From NCBI GenBank assembly GCA_036172245.1, contig JAYWIR010000016.1, forward strand, positions 2,728,001 through 2,792,000: a stretch of 64,000 bases of DNA. Reading direction: 5' to 3'. A program made the translations under genes and the position numbers. Shown here one piece after another: positions 11,271-22,560 of this stretch. This DNA comes from Raillietiella orientalis (taxonomy: Eukaryota). Position 1 is the first letter of the stretch. Every line of letters starts with the position of its first letter. The notes beneath the pieces were generated by a model. That model was given only the letters and a program-made list of their open reading frames with translations, was not told where the DNA came from and did no database searches.

Positions 11271-12485
11271 TCCTCCCACCGCCACCGCTCTGCCGCCCGT
11301 ATCAGCCACCGCCACCTTCCGTAAGAGGAAGGAGCGTTGCATCAGGCGCCACATTCGCTTCCTCCCTCAGGGCACCAGGTGTGCTTCCGTGGATCCCGAC
11401 GGCCCAGGTCACCCTAGGATTCGAGCGAAGCGGACATTCACCTGCAGTTTCAGAGGAGGCCATGGCCGTATTGACCCCGAGGCCTCTAAGCATCCTCCCT
11501 GGTAGACGGAACTCCGCTTTTCGGCTATTCCGAGAGAAGCGGATTCGGAGGGGACAAGAAGATCCTTGGTCGACCCTCCCTTGCCCCTCTCCCACGCATT
11601 CCATATCAGTGGCCTCCGCGATGGTTGGATCATCCGACTGCCGTGGGGAAGAAGGGGGGGGGGGATCGCCGTTTTGGAAACTCCAGCTCTCTTGCGCCCG
11701 CCTGGAGGCGCGGAGACCCAGCGAGTGCCCGCATGCCGCGCACGTGTTGCTCGGCTTGGTCACCTCCTTTCCGTTAGGGACGCGCTCACACCGTGAATGG
11801 TCCGAGGTCTGCCTACAAGGAGGGGGGGGGGGGGGTAAGATGCTGCCGATTGCTTTTTTGCAGCCGCGCGCGAGAACGCGGCGGCAAAGCGCAGTGGTTG
11901 CCGGTGCCCTCCGGCGGAGAGGTGTCTGGAGGTTCTGGGTGAAGAGCACTGGAGACGGCGGCGGTATCTCTGGGATAACGACGACGAGATCCTTCGCACA
12001 CCTCTATCACGAGGAAGAGGCATGCCCGGGTCATTTGGTGGGTCACCAGGCAGGATGAACAAACTTCAGCGTGCTTCGGAGCACCCGGATTTCAAGGCGA
12101 CCTGCTCGTGAGGGGAAAAAGCACGCATCCAAAACAACAAAAACACGGGGAAAAAGAGAGAAGAAAAAGAAAGAACGAAAAAGGGAAGGGAGGAGTGAAG
12201 GCCGGAGTTGTTGTTATTATTGCCGTTGAGGCTTCGTGGAGGCGGGGGGGGGGGCTCTTCCGACCAGAGAGCACTTTCCTTCCGCGGAGGAGGGATGGCA
12301 TGCAGAAGAGCGGCAGGCACTCTCGCGCTATGGCAAATTTGGAAGTGTCTGGACTGATGTCAAAAGGGAGGGGTGAAGGAGGTCTTCTGCCCTCTGAATC
12401 CTTCGTGGGCGTCGGGGAGCCGACGCCACCAAATAGAAATTAGGCGGAAGCGGGAGACGGAGGTCGCGGCGACTTCCGAAGAGGT

Positions 12486-15400
12486 TCACACCCGCACCTC
12501 CTGCTGGATGATCTTATCGTGCAGCTGCGGGGTGAGCCGTTCGAATCCTCCCGAGGGGCTCAGGAAGTACATGTCGTCCTTGATCTTGCTGGGTTCGAAG
12601 CCTTCCTTCTGCAGTTCAAACTTCTTCAGCTTGTACGTCCCTGTGGCGTCGAGCTCCTTGACAACGCGCAGGAATATGGGGCGGGCGAAAGGGGGGAGCG
12701 AACCGCGGAGGTGGTTGACGAGTCCCTCGAGGTCTAAGGTTTCATTTCCCGTGGCGATGGCGACCATGCCCGCGTCCCCTTCGGTGCCAGGGACCTTCAC
12801 GCCGTACACGACGCAGTCTCTCAGGTTCATGAACTCGGCGGCGACCGACTCCACCTCCGAGGAGGACACGTTCTCGCCGCGCCAGCGGAAGGTGTCGCCC
12901 CTCCGATCCTTGAAGTACAGGTACCCCAGCTCGTCCATGACCAAAATGTCTCCCGATAGGAAGGCCCTGTCCCCCTTGGAGAAGACGTCCTTCACGATCT
13001 TTGTCTCCGTCTCCTTCGGGTCCGCGTAGCCTTGGAACTCCCGGAACGCGTCCGTGACGTTGATCTTCCCCACCAGCTCCCCGGGCTCTCCGGGTTTGCA
13101 CTTGACGCACAGGCCGCTCTGCTGGTCCCGGATGGGTATCTTCGTGACATCGTCGATCTTGATGGGATAGATGCCGAACACCATCGGGAACAGGGGAGGC
13201 AGGAAACCGATCGCCCCGCAGTAGTTGTCGATATTGACTGGAAGCGGCCTGGTCAGCGCGCGCGCAGGAGGGCGGGCGAGGGGGGAGGCTGTATACTTAG
13301 GTTGGCGTTGCCTTCGGTGGCGCCGTAAAACTCCCCGATCTGCTTGATGGCGAAGCGACGCTGGAAGCGCTCCCAGATCTGCGGGCGGATGCCGTTCCCG
13401 AACATCAGCCTCACCGAGTGCTTGTTGTCGTACTCGGACGGGGGCGCTGCCAGCAGGTAGCGACACATCTCGCCGACGTATTGGGCGACCTGAATCAGCA
13501 GCCGCATGTTGGCGGTTTCTCAAGTGCCAGGTTAACATCCTCCCACCCTCCCGCCCCTCCACTCTTCCCTCCCTCAGGCGAGAGCTCGCTCGGGGGCCAG
13601 GAAATGTGGGAGAGGAAAAAGGGCAGCACCTGCCTGGAGCGGCCCCCGTCCGTCGACGAGCGACCGAGTCGTGTGGCAGCACCCGGGGCCTCCCTCCCTC
13701 GGGGGCGTTGCGGCGAAGGAGGCAGCGGCGTCCTGACCGCGTACCGCCATCCGCCGTCCTCTTGCAGCAGCAGAGGCGACCCACTGCCTCGCGCTGGCCC
13801 GAGATAGTATCGCTCTCTCCCGTCGCGTCCCGAGCGAGGAACGCAGAGTGCTCCGACGGGAAGAGGAGAGGAGGGTGAGAGGGTGGGAACTCGGCCTAAA
13901 GAGCTGTGTCGAAGAGCCCCCGGAGCGGGGGAGGCGAGGGGCAGATCTCCTCCCTTCTTCCCCCTCCCGCTGCGGCAGTCAACCTGCTGCGGTTGCCCGG
14001 CGGCCCGGCCCGGCGCACCCATCGCGTCCTCGGGTCACTCCTCGTTGCGACGGCGGCGGTGACTCCTTCCAAAGCGGTGCAGCAGCGACAGCCGCTTCCA
14101 GACAGCTGTCGCTGCTGCACCGCTGCCGCCAAGCGAATCTGCTCGGGTCCTGCCCATGCAACCCGCTCGACTCCCTGGTCCCATCTCATCCCTCACCTCT
14201 TCCTCTCGTGCAGCCAAAACGACCAGGAATCTGCCGCAAGGGGGCAGGCGGCGGAGATTCGCCGCTGCTCTTTTCGCTTCTCGCGAGGAGCCTCGAGGCA
14301 GGAAGAAGAATCCCCCCCCCCCCTTCTACACACACGCGCGCGCGCGCGCACTTTTGTTCACTTGCACGTCCAGAAAAAACCGGCGGGAATTGCGGCTGAG
14401 CCTCTGCACGGCGCAACACGAGACGTGAGACATGCGCGAGTCCCAGGAGCGCCAAGGGAAGAAGGACGCAAGTTCCTCCTTCTCCTCCGCTCTACCCTTC
14501 TCGAGATTCGTATCTCGTGGAAACGCGATTATCTCTTCTCGCCATCCCTTCCAGAAAACCATTTCCTTTTTTTTTTTTTTTTTCTGATGCGCACTTCCTC
14601 CTCCTCCTGCTTTAAAAGACGGCAGAGATCTCCTAGGAAGTCCCTAGAGCCTGAGGATTCGGGCGTGCGCCGGAGTTCCCTCTCCGGAGGAGCGAGGACA
14701 CGTCGTACCTGACAGCCCCGTCGGGACACGCGCGCAAGGTACCGCCTGCCGTTGCTCCCCGGAGCAAGGGCGAGCCCTCAGTTCAGGAGGCGGGGAAACG
14801 GGGTCGCTGCGAGCGTTCCCGAAGGAGCGCGTCTCCAAAGAAGCCACGCTTTTTCTCGTGCACGCCGATCCGGTCCGCCATGGATGTCTCGGGATAAGGG
14901 AGAGGTGGGAGGGAAAGGAAGAAAGAGGAAAAGACCGAAAGACCACTCTCTCTCCCAAGAACTGACTCGTCATCGGCCTCCGGCACGACCCTGGAAAGTG
15001 TTCTGGGGTTGAGGGCGGTAGCGATCGGTGGGTCCAGATGATCGCTTCCGGCTCTCTCTCGCGCAAGCGCGCGCGAGCGGAGATTCCCGGTCGCGCGCGA
15101 TCGACCTCCTCACCGTGCAGCCGTTCTGGGCGCAGTCCTTCCAGTAATTCGAGGCAGAAAACTTTTTCTTGAGGACGACGGTGCACCCATTGAGGAGCGC
15201 CTGCCCTATCCCCAGGCAGCCGCCTGTGGTGTGGTACAGCGGCAGAGGGTCGTAGATGACGTCATTCGTCCTGATGGAGATCATCCTGCCCACCGCCGTG
15301 GTCATCATGATGAACCTGGAACGCATGCACATTGTCCGAAGGGAAGCCGGGAACCGCTCGCCCTGTCCTCTTCACCACTATAATCCCACGCTCGCCGCGA

Positions 15401-18400
15401 TCAGTCCGACAGCGGGAAGAGGGAAGAGGCAGCACTGGGATCACGTCTCTTCTCTTTCCCGGAGACATGCGTAGGAGGGCTAGGCGGAGGAGAGATCTTT
15501 CCATCCCGACGCCGACGCCGTCGAAATCCGCAGCAGCAGCATCACCACCACCAGCTGGAGGTATGTCCCCCCCTCCCTCGCCGAGATAGAGGTCGGCCCG
15601 CGCAGGCAACAAGAGAGTCTCGAAAGTACTTTCCCCGGACTCCAGGGAGGACTTCGCCGGAGGAGGCATCTCTCAGAGTCCCTCCTCCTTCTAGCCTCCT
15701 CCTCAGGAGCGACAGCAACAGGCGCGACCGGGCGGGCGCCTGCCGAGGACCCCTGTCCCGGCTCCTTTTCTTGCTCGCGGGAGCCGACCCCGGACCTCGC
15801 GGCGCACCACCGCACCTCGTGTGCTTGATGATAGCGGCCTTGGGAAGGCCCGTGGTCCCCGAAGTGAAGATGTAGAGTAGGTTGTTCTTCATCCCCAAGT
15901 CCTTCATGGAGGGAGTCGTGGAGGACGCGGTGAGCAGCTCCTGGTCCAGGCTCTTCCCGGAGGAGTCGGAGCTTTCGCGCCCCAGCACGTACGTGGGCAG
16001 CTCGGTCGCCATTTTGTCCCTGACCTGTTCTAGTTCTGGAATGGAAAGGGGAGGAGCTCTCAGGTTCCCCGGCGCGTCCCTCAAGGCACTCGCCTGGGAA
16101 GAGCTCCTTCTCCGTGATGAGCGCCCTGCAGCTGGACACCCGGAGGCAGTGCAGCAGGGGCGAGAAGCGCAGGTTCGAGTTGATGAGCGCCGTAACCACG
16201 CCGATCTTGGAGAGTCCCAGCCAGACGCACACGAACTCAGGCTGGTTCTCCATGAAGAGGCCGACCACGTCCCCGTGCTGGTAGCCCTTCGACCGGAACA
16301 GGTTGGCCACGCGGTTGCTGTAGTTGTCAACCTGGCAACGGAGGCATGGAAGCGAGGGAGGGAAGGGGTGGGGAGGGAGAGGAGCAACCTCCGGAGCGGC
16401 GCCGAAGGAGACCGTGCGCCCCCTTGCTCGGTGGTGATGGAAGAGGGGGAGGAGAGGGGAGAATGGCGCGCACTCCCCCTATCGCGACTGGTTTTTTCGG
16501 CACATACCCGGAGGCAAGTGCGCGGCACCGGCCGGCATAAGAAACCAGAAGCCGGCGACGGCGGCGCCAAGAGACGAAGAGATCGAGCCGAAGGCGCGAG
16601 CCTCTCTGCCTCCTCTCCCCGCAGCTTCCTCTTTCCTGGCAGCGGAGGAGCACCGGAAATTCCCCCCGTAGTCACATGAGTCCTGGCCTTCCCTCCCTCC
16701 CTCCCTCCTTCTGCAGCGAGGACCGCTGTTCGGCGCCGCCCTTCTGCTTGGCGGAGGTTGCGAGACCACGAAGAGGTGGGGTCGTTGCCGCTCTTCGTTG
16801 GAAGCACCGACTAGCTTATGGGCGAACCAAAGCGTACGCTGGGGAAGGACGGAGGGGGGGGGGGGGGAAGCGAACAAACCTCGGAAGGTCGGCGCCAGGT
16901 CGTGTTCACTGGGTCACGTTTCGGCACTGACACGAGGAGGAAAGGAGAGATGCAGGCGGCGGCTGCGATGGAGGAGGAGACTTTCTATCCAGCAGGTGGT
17001 TTGCCCCAGTCACGGCGAGCGCCTCCTCGCGGGCGACAACAGCTGCTCTCTGCAGTTGTGGCAGCTCCCAGAGGATCGATGAACGCCAGGCTGAGGATCC
17101 GCCGAGTACCCGGAGGTCGGGTCGAACTCGCGAATGCCTCCCTCCCTTCCTCCTCCTCCTCATTTCCCGCAGCAGCATTAGCGCGGGGTGACCCGCGGCT
17201 GCCTGGTCCGCTCAGTTGGATCTGCGCACCTTCCGAGCCGGTTGGCTCTGACGGACCCTCCGGTTGTTCGGATCCACTAGGGGAGTGGATTCCAGGCGAG
17301 CGTGCGGCCGGGGTCTGGGTATGGGGTTGCCCGCAAAGAACGACTTGAGGAAAGGTTCGCGCTGCGCCGATCCCTGGGGCGCTGCAGCTTCAAGGGGACG
17401 TTCCTAACCTCCTCTTCGGATCCTCTCGGATTTTCCCGTCGCTTCCTTTCTCCCGCTTCTCTCCCAGCGTGTCAGCCCTCCGGCGCCGCCTCGCGAGCGA
17501 AGACCGAGTATCTACGCAAAGCGTGACCCATCCTCCTCCTCCCTCTGGCGCGCGCGCGCGTCCGTTGACGACGGCTTCCGTGACTGGAATGGGCAGAAGG
17601 CCGGAAATTCTTTTCCTTCGTACCACCGCGAGAGTGGCCTGCGAGATGGCTCTCAGGACTCAGCCTGGTCGTCAGGTGTTTCGCGAAGCGCCGGGAGGAG
17701 GGTCGAGAATGCCGACCGCCGAGAGTCGCGTCGCCGCCGCATCTCCGTCGCCTTACCGCGACGGACGACAGCCGGCGGCAGCAACGTTAGAGACAGCCGC
17801 CTTCGATTCGAGTGACCGCCGGGAGGTGGTGGAAGCGAACGGTGCCGCGCTGCGGGGGAAGGGAAGGGGCGAAGAGGAGAGGAAAGGGGGGAGAGGGAGG
17901 ACTCGTTGGAGAAGCGCCTCACCTGCCGGTACGACCAGGACGTTCCCTCGAACTTGAAGCAAGGCTTGTCGGGAAACTTGACTACCCACTGCTGGAACAG
18001 TTGGGGCACGACCACGTTTGCCTTGGAGCATTTCTTCAAGAACAGCTGGACCCCGAGATACTTGTACGCGGCTCTGGAAGAGGAGAGAGGAGCGTCCGCC
18101 CGTCGGCCGCGGTCGCGTGGTGCGGCGGCGGCGACCCGGGAGTGTGCGGGATTCCCAGCTGTCAAGTCCGGGAAGTCTCTTCGGAGAGGTTGCCGCGGGA
18201 CCTGCCACGCGCGCCCGCTCCGGCGTGTGTCAGACAGGCAACCGGGCTCTGCGGCGGTAGGCAGCGGCGCCGCGACGTCCCCGACGGCGACGATCCGAGC
18301 AGCCCGCTTTGCGGATATGCCACAGACGATTGCTGGGGACGGTCGAGGCGGGGGCGAAGCGAGGAGTGCGGAGGGCAGGACGGCGGCAGCATCTGCTTTG

Positions 18401-19059
18401 AAATGGGGGAGAAGAAAGGGGGGGGGGGGAGAGAGTCACGAGGCGAAGGAGCAGGTTCCCCAAGACCCGCAGGATGCTGGGAAAAAAAGGGAAACTCCCG
18501 GTTGCCCGAAGGCGGGTCGCTTGCGGACCCTCCGTCGTGGGATGAAACGAAAAGGAAAAAGTCTTGCGGGAAGGTCAGCGGAGGTCTCGCAGAGATGTCT
18601 CGATCGATCTTCCCTGCCGGGAACTTCGTGCTCGGGAGCGCGCCCGCGCGCGAGAGGCAGACCTGCGGGTGGACTTACGGGTGGAACGGTGCCAACTCGC
18701 CGGCTGCCGAGTCTGCAAGAGCGAATGGCATCTGTGCGCGCCATTCGAGAGGGCGCGTTTGGTCCAAAACGGCCCTATGACGGAGCGAGGGAGGGAGCGC
18801 GTCCCTCAGGCACCCGCGGCTCTAGGCGCTTTCCGCTGGCCCACCCTTCCGTCGTTCCCCTGCTCCGCCCATGCACCTCTTCTCCCGCGTCCACATCGTG
18901 CCTCGCGGGAAGACCCTGGTCCGGGGCGCCGACCGCGCTCGGACTTTGGCGCGCACAAGTCCCTGCTTACTTCATGTCGCGAGTCAGGGTCTTCTGCATG
19001 ATGCGCAGCGCCAGGCTCGCCTTGTGCCCCGCGCCGGAAGAGAGGATCCTCGTGAGCAT
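12486..19059 (-). CDS. Fatp: FATP paralog B (SLC27A1/4-like), complete, 7 coding exons, 614 aa. Exons: 19059-18971, 18073-17923, 16331-16094, 16035-15816, 15315-15114, 13489-13297, 13237-12486
   Basis: Contains YIFTSGTTGLPK, EFYGATEGNAN and the FATP signature GDILVMDELGYLYFKDRRGDTFRWRGENV, and ends QQEVRV-stop. Exon sum is 1845 nt, in frame. Exon 1 is assigned from TLTRDMK (homologous to TLPRDLR), a GTAAG donor and an upstream in-frame TGA. Intron 3 has a GC donor. Confidence 0.93.
16405..17300 (+). mobile_element. Degenerate RT-like insertion in the expanded intron 2 of paralog B
   Basis: Collinear short nucleotide matches to 56775-57170 (gaccgt..ttgct, ccggagg.aa.tg, gcgcggcac, gcagctccc, gcggggtgacccg), plus ADD-like and LPSRL..VRIH remnants. 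Confidence 0.4.
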
Positions 19060-19359
19060 CTTCGCAGCCTCCGAAGGCGTGGCTGGAGACAGGGGCTGGT
19101 CCGAGAGCGAATCTTCGGCTCGCAGCTGCGTTCACTGCGCCGCTTCGGGAACCTGAAAGTGCCCTTTCTAGCCGGAAGCGCCGAAAAGGCCCAGCCGACC
19201 CCACCCCCCGGTGGTTTCGCTCGGAACATCGTAGCAGCCGCAGCGGAGTCCACTACGCCTAGAGGGACCGCCGCGGACAGTCGCGGCAGGGCGAGTACGT
19301 GGCGCGCGCGCGCGCCAACTGGGGATGAATGAGCACAACCTAAGCCGCTCGCCTCCAGG

Positions 19360-19575
19360 GTGCATCGCAGGGGTCAGCATGGGTTCGCGGGGAGGCCGCT
19401 TCCACCGCTCACCGTCTTGCCGCGGAGAGGCAACCACCCCGCCTCGACTGGTGGGCGAGGGTCAGATTGGCGGAGACGGCTGCCCTGGGCCCGGGACTCG
19501 ACCCGCGCTCCTCTCCGTGCTCCCCGTCGCTCTCCCGGCCTTTCACCGGCGCTCCGCGATTCCGAGGCTCCGTCG
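19360..19575 (-). repeat. Third, more decayed copy of the tRNA-like tail module
   Basis: tcttgc..ggagagg, cctgggcccgggactcgacccgcg and cgaggctccgtcg match 11056-11206 with conserved spacing. Confidence 0.45.
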
Positions 19576-22029
19576 GCCATAATGGATGTTTATGTCATTT
19601 CGGCAGGACCGCATTTCCACAGCATCCGCGCCTCGACGCCTTTCTTTGGCCACAATTACTGCCTTTCGAACGGAGGTTCCACGCGTGGTACTTTCATTCC
19701 ACCCGGGTCCCACTCCCCCACCGGATGCAGCATTTCTACTCCCATTATCTTCAAATTATGAAATAAGAGAGGGGGGGGGACGCGGAAACCACCGATGGGC
19801 GGGCGCCGCTTCTCGGCGGGATGTTCTCTTTCTTGTCCTCCTTCATTCCTTTCCGCGCATTCCTTCGGCTTTCCCTGGGTATCTGGCCTTCGAGGCTCTC
19901 CTCCCTTCGACTTCGCCGGGTTGAAAGACGTTTGTTCCCCCCCCCCCCTTTCCTCGCCATTCCCCTCCTCCGTCCACATCCCATCCTGAAAGGGCGATGA
20001 CCCACGGAGGCGGTGATCGATAGGTCGCCCCAACAGGCGACCCGGCTGATGGCTCGCTGCGTTTCCGGGGAGGCGAGCAGAGGAGTCTGGGCTACGGGAG
20101 ACGCAGCCAAGGCGGAAGTGCCCCGAGGATTTCCTGGCTCGTTTCCCGCCGTTCCGTTAATGGAGGCGGCGGTGGCCACCTGCGTAGGACAGGCGGAGCC
20201 TTCTCGAGCCTGCCTGCCAGCCTCCTCCGCTGCCGAGGCGGATCCGGAAGGGTTGGCCCCGCTCAGGTCATGGCGGCTTCGGATTCCGATCAGAGGGCGG
20301 TCCGCACGCGGACTTGGCCACCCGCCGCGGTGAATTTCTGGGGCTGGAGGGAGTAAAGGGGGAGGGGGAGGACAGAAGGCCGTTCCCGCGCGCCTCCTCT
20401 CCGTTCCTCGCTTTCACTGAGGCACACCGGCTTCGACCCGGGTCCGATCGCCCAAGCCCCTCGAATCAAGGGCGGCGTCCCCTGTGAGGCGTCCAACACC
20501 GCGCCGGACCGGACGGACCCGCAGGGACTTCCGTTCTCGCGACCTTCTGCGCCACACGGAGCTTCCTTCATCCGCAAACCCGCAGGGCCGTGGCGTGGGG
20601 GAGCCGCAGCTCCCCTCCTCCCCCCTCTCTCTGCGAGTCCCTCCCACCGCGATCTGGCAATTCTTCACGGCTGACCAGTCCCTCGCTCAGGTTCGACCGG
20701 GGTGGTCATCTGGCCTTGCTACGGACTCTTCTGGGACTCGGCGCTTCTCATCCTCCCACCCCTGAGACCTCTTCCTCCGCGCCTAGCCTCCGGGTGAGTT
20801 CGCCCGCTAGTGCTTTCCTTTGGGGTGGCAGCCGGTCGGCCGAGACGTCGTCATGGCGCCTGCGCGGACGCTCCGGTGGGCCTGCGTTTCCGCTAGCAGC
20901 CTCGCAGAGGCGGCTCCGCCCGCTACCCGTCCCCACCCGTGGTCTCTCCCCTCCTCGCCGTCCCCACTTTGCGCTGAGGGCGCTCGTAGACGGGAAGCGA
21001 GTCCACGCGGCTCGCGGGCAGCAGAGCACCGGCCCAGAGTCTCGCGCGTGCGGTCGCGGGCGATGGCCACCGGCAGCTCTGCGTGCGCCACACACGCGGG
21101 CGGAACGCCGAGGCAGCCGGGCCGCGCGAGTGAGGCGGACTCCGAGGACCATCGGCACGTCCGTTCCGCCGAGAAGAAGCAGCTTCGTCCTCCGTGACGA
21201 ATTCTCGGCCCGCTTTCGGGAACCCTCCTTGCCGCCAAGAGGAAGCGACCGAGCCGACCCGCGCTTCCCGGAAAGCGAGAGGGAACCTTTCGTTTCGGAG
21301 CCCGGAGCACAGGGATCAGGCGCTTCTTCCCCGAGTCCACGAGGTGGAGGCAGGAACCACTCACAAGGCAGAGAATACAGAAGAATGCCGGTGCCGGTGG
21401 CACAACAATGGGTAGCGACCACTACCGATAATAGGCGAGCGCCTTCGGAATGCGGCGCGCCAACAATCGCCGGCAAATTCACGAAATTGCGCCGAGGCGC
21501 TCCACCGCGAGAGCGGACTGGGGCGGCCGCCCGAGTTGGCCGACATCCACAGCGTCCGCTGGCGACGCTGGCCGGGCGGGCAGACGCCTCTCCAGCCGAG
21601 AAGAGCGGCAGAATCCGAGCACAGAGCGAGCGGCTCTTCGGAGAAACACTTCGTCCCGGCGCGGAACACCCGCCGGCTCGAGCATGCACAGTCCAGCGTG
21701 GCGGCAGCTCACGGCTCCTCCGGCGGCCGGAAGCTCGCCCGCCGGAGGGGGGTGAGCTGCTGCGAAACGGGACGTCCGCGCCATGTTTCAGGGAGAACTA
21801 GGAATCACTCCGAACTGCCGAACAGCAGACGCAATGCAAGGTGGAGAACGAGAGCACGTCACGGGATGGTGTCACCCGGATCCCAGAAGAATACCGGTGC
21901 CAAGAAACCGGACCCAACAAAGGAGTCGGGACACTCTCCCAGGGCTGCGATTTTCGCCATTCAAAAGGAAAAGATCAGAATGGAAAGAAAAAAAAGAAAA
22001 CGAAGGAAAATTCTTGCAAAAGTTACGGA

Positions 22030-22560
22030 ACAAAGCAACGTGGTAGCAGAGTAAACCTCGAAAAAACAACAAGAACACCGGTGGTTCCTTGCGCCAACGA
22101 AGCATCCCAAGATGGTTCTGGAATAAGAGATGAGACAGTGTGCATTATAAGGAACGAGGATGATTGGAAACGAATGGGCGTTCAACGGATTTATTATTGG
22201 TCCACTTCGCCGTCATCAGTTTTAAGTCTAAGATGAGGAAGCGATTCGTATCTGAAAGCAAGAGGAACCCGCAGATGGAGGAACACAACTGGTGGCGAAC
22301 GCTATATCCATGGAAGCCACAGTTTTGACGCGCGCACAAGAAAGAACGCTGAATCAAGCTGTAGGAGAGTCTGGAAAACCAGAAAATAGGAAAGGAATTC
22401 ATGGGGCAGAGCAGCCACAGTAGAGGCCGGCGGACCACTGCCGTGGCAGCAAAGGGCCCACTCGGTTCGCGGTGTGTGGGGATGCATTCGACGAAAAGCA
22501 CACACAGCAGCACCTTTCCTCAAAGCACCAGCACGGGACGGAAGACAGTCAGTTGTCTGG
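22030..22560 (+). mobile_element. Possible RTE-like LINE 3' fragment
   Basis: SQDG..DE, EATVLTRAQERTL (ETWTLTKAQERKL), WGCIRR (WxGHxxR). The match is weak. Confidence 0.3.

Noticed and set aside
20590..21801. 403-aa ORF and similar ORFs at 17906-19156, 29671-30975 and 11027-12058
   Set aside because: Low-complexity GC-driven open frames with no motifs or supporting splice structure.
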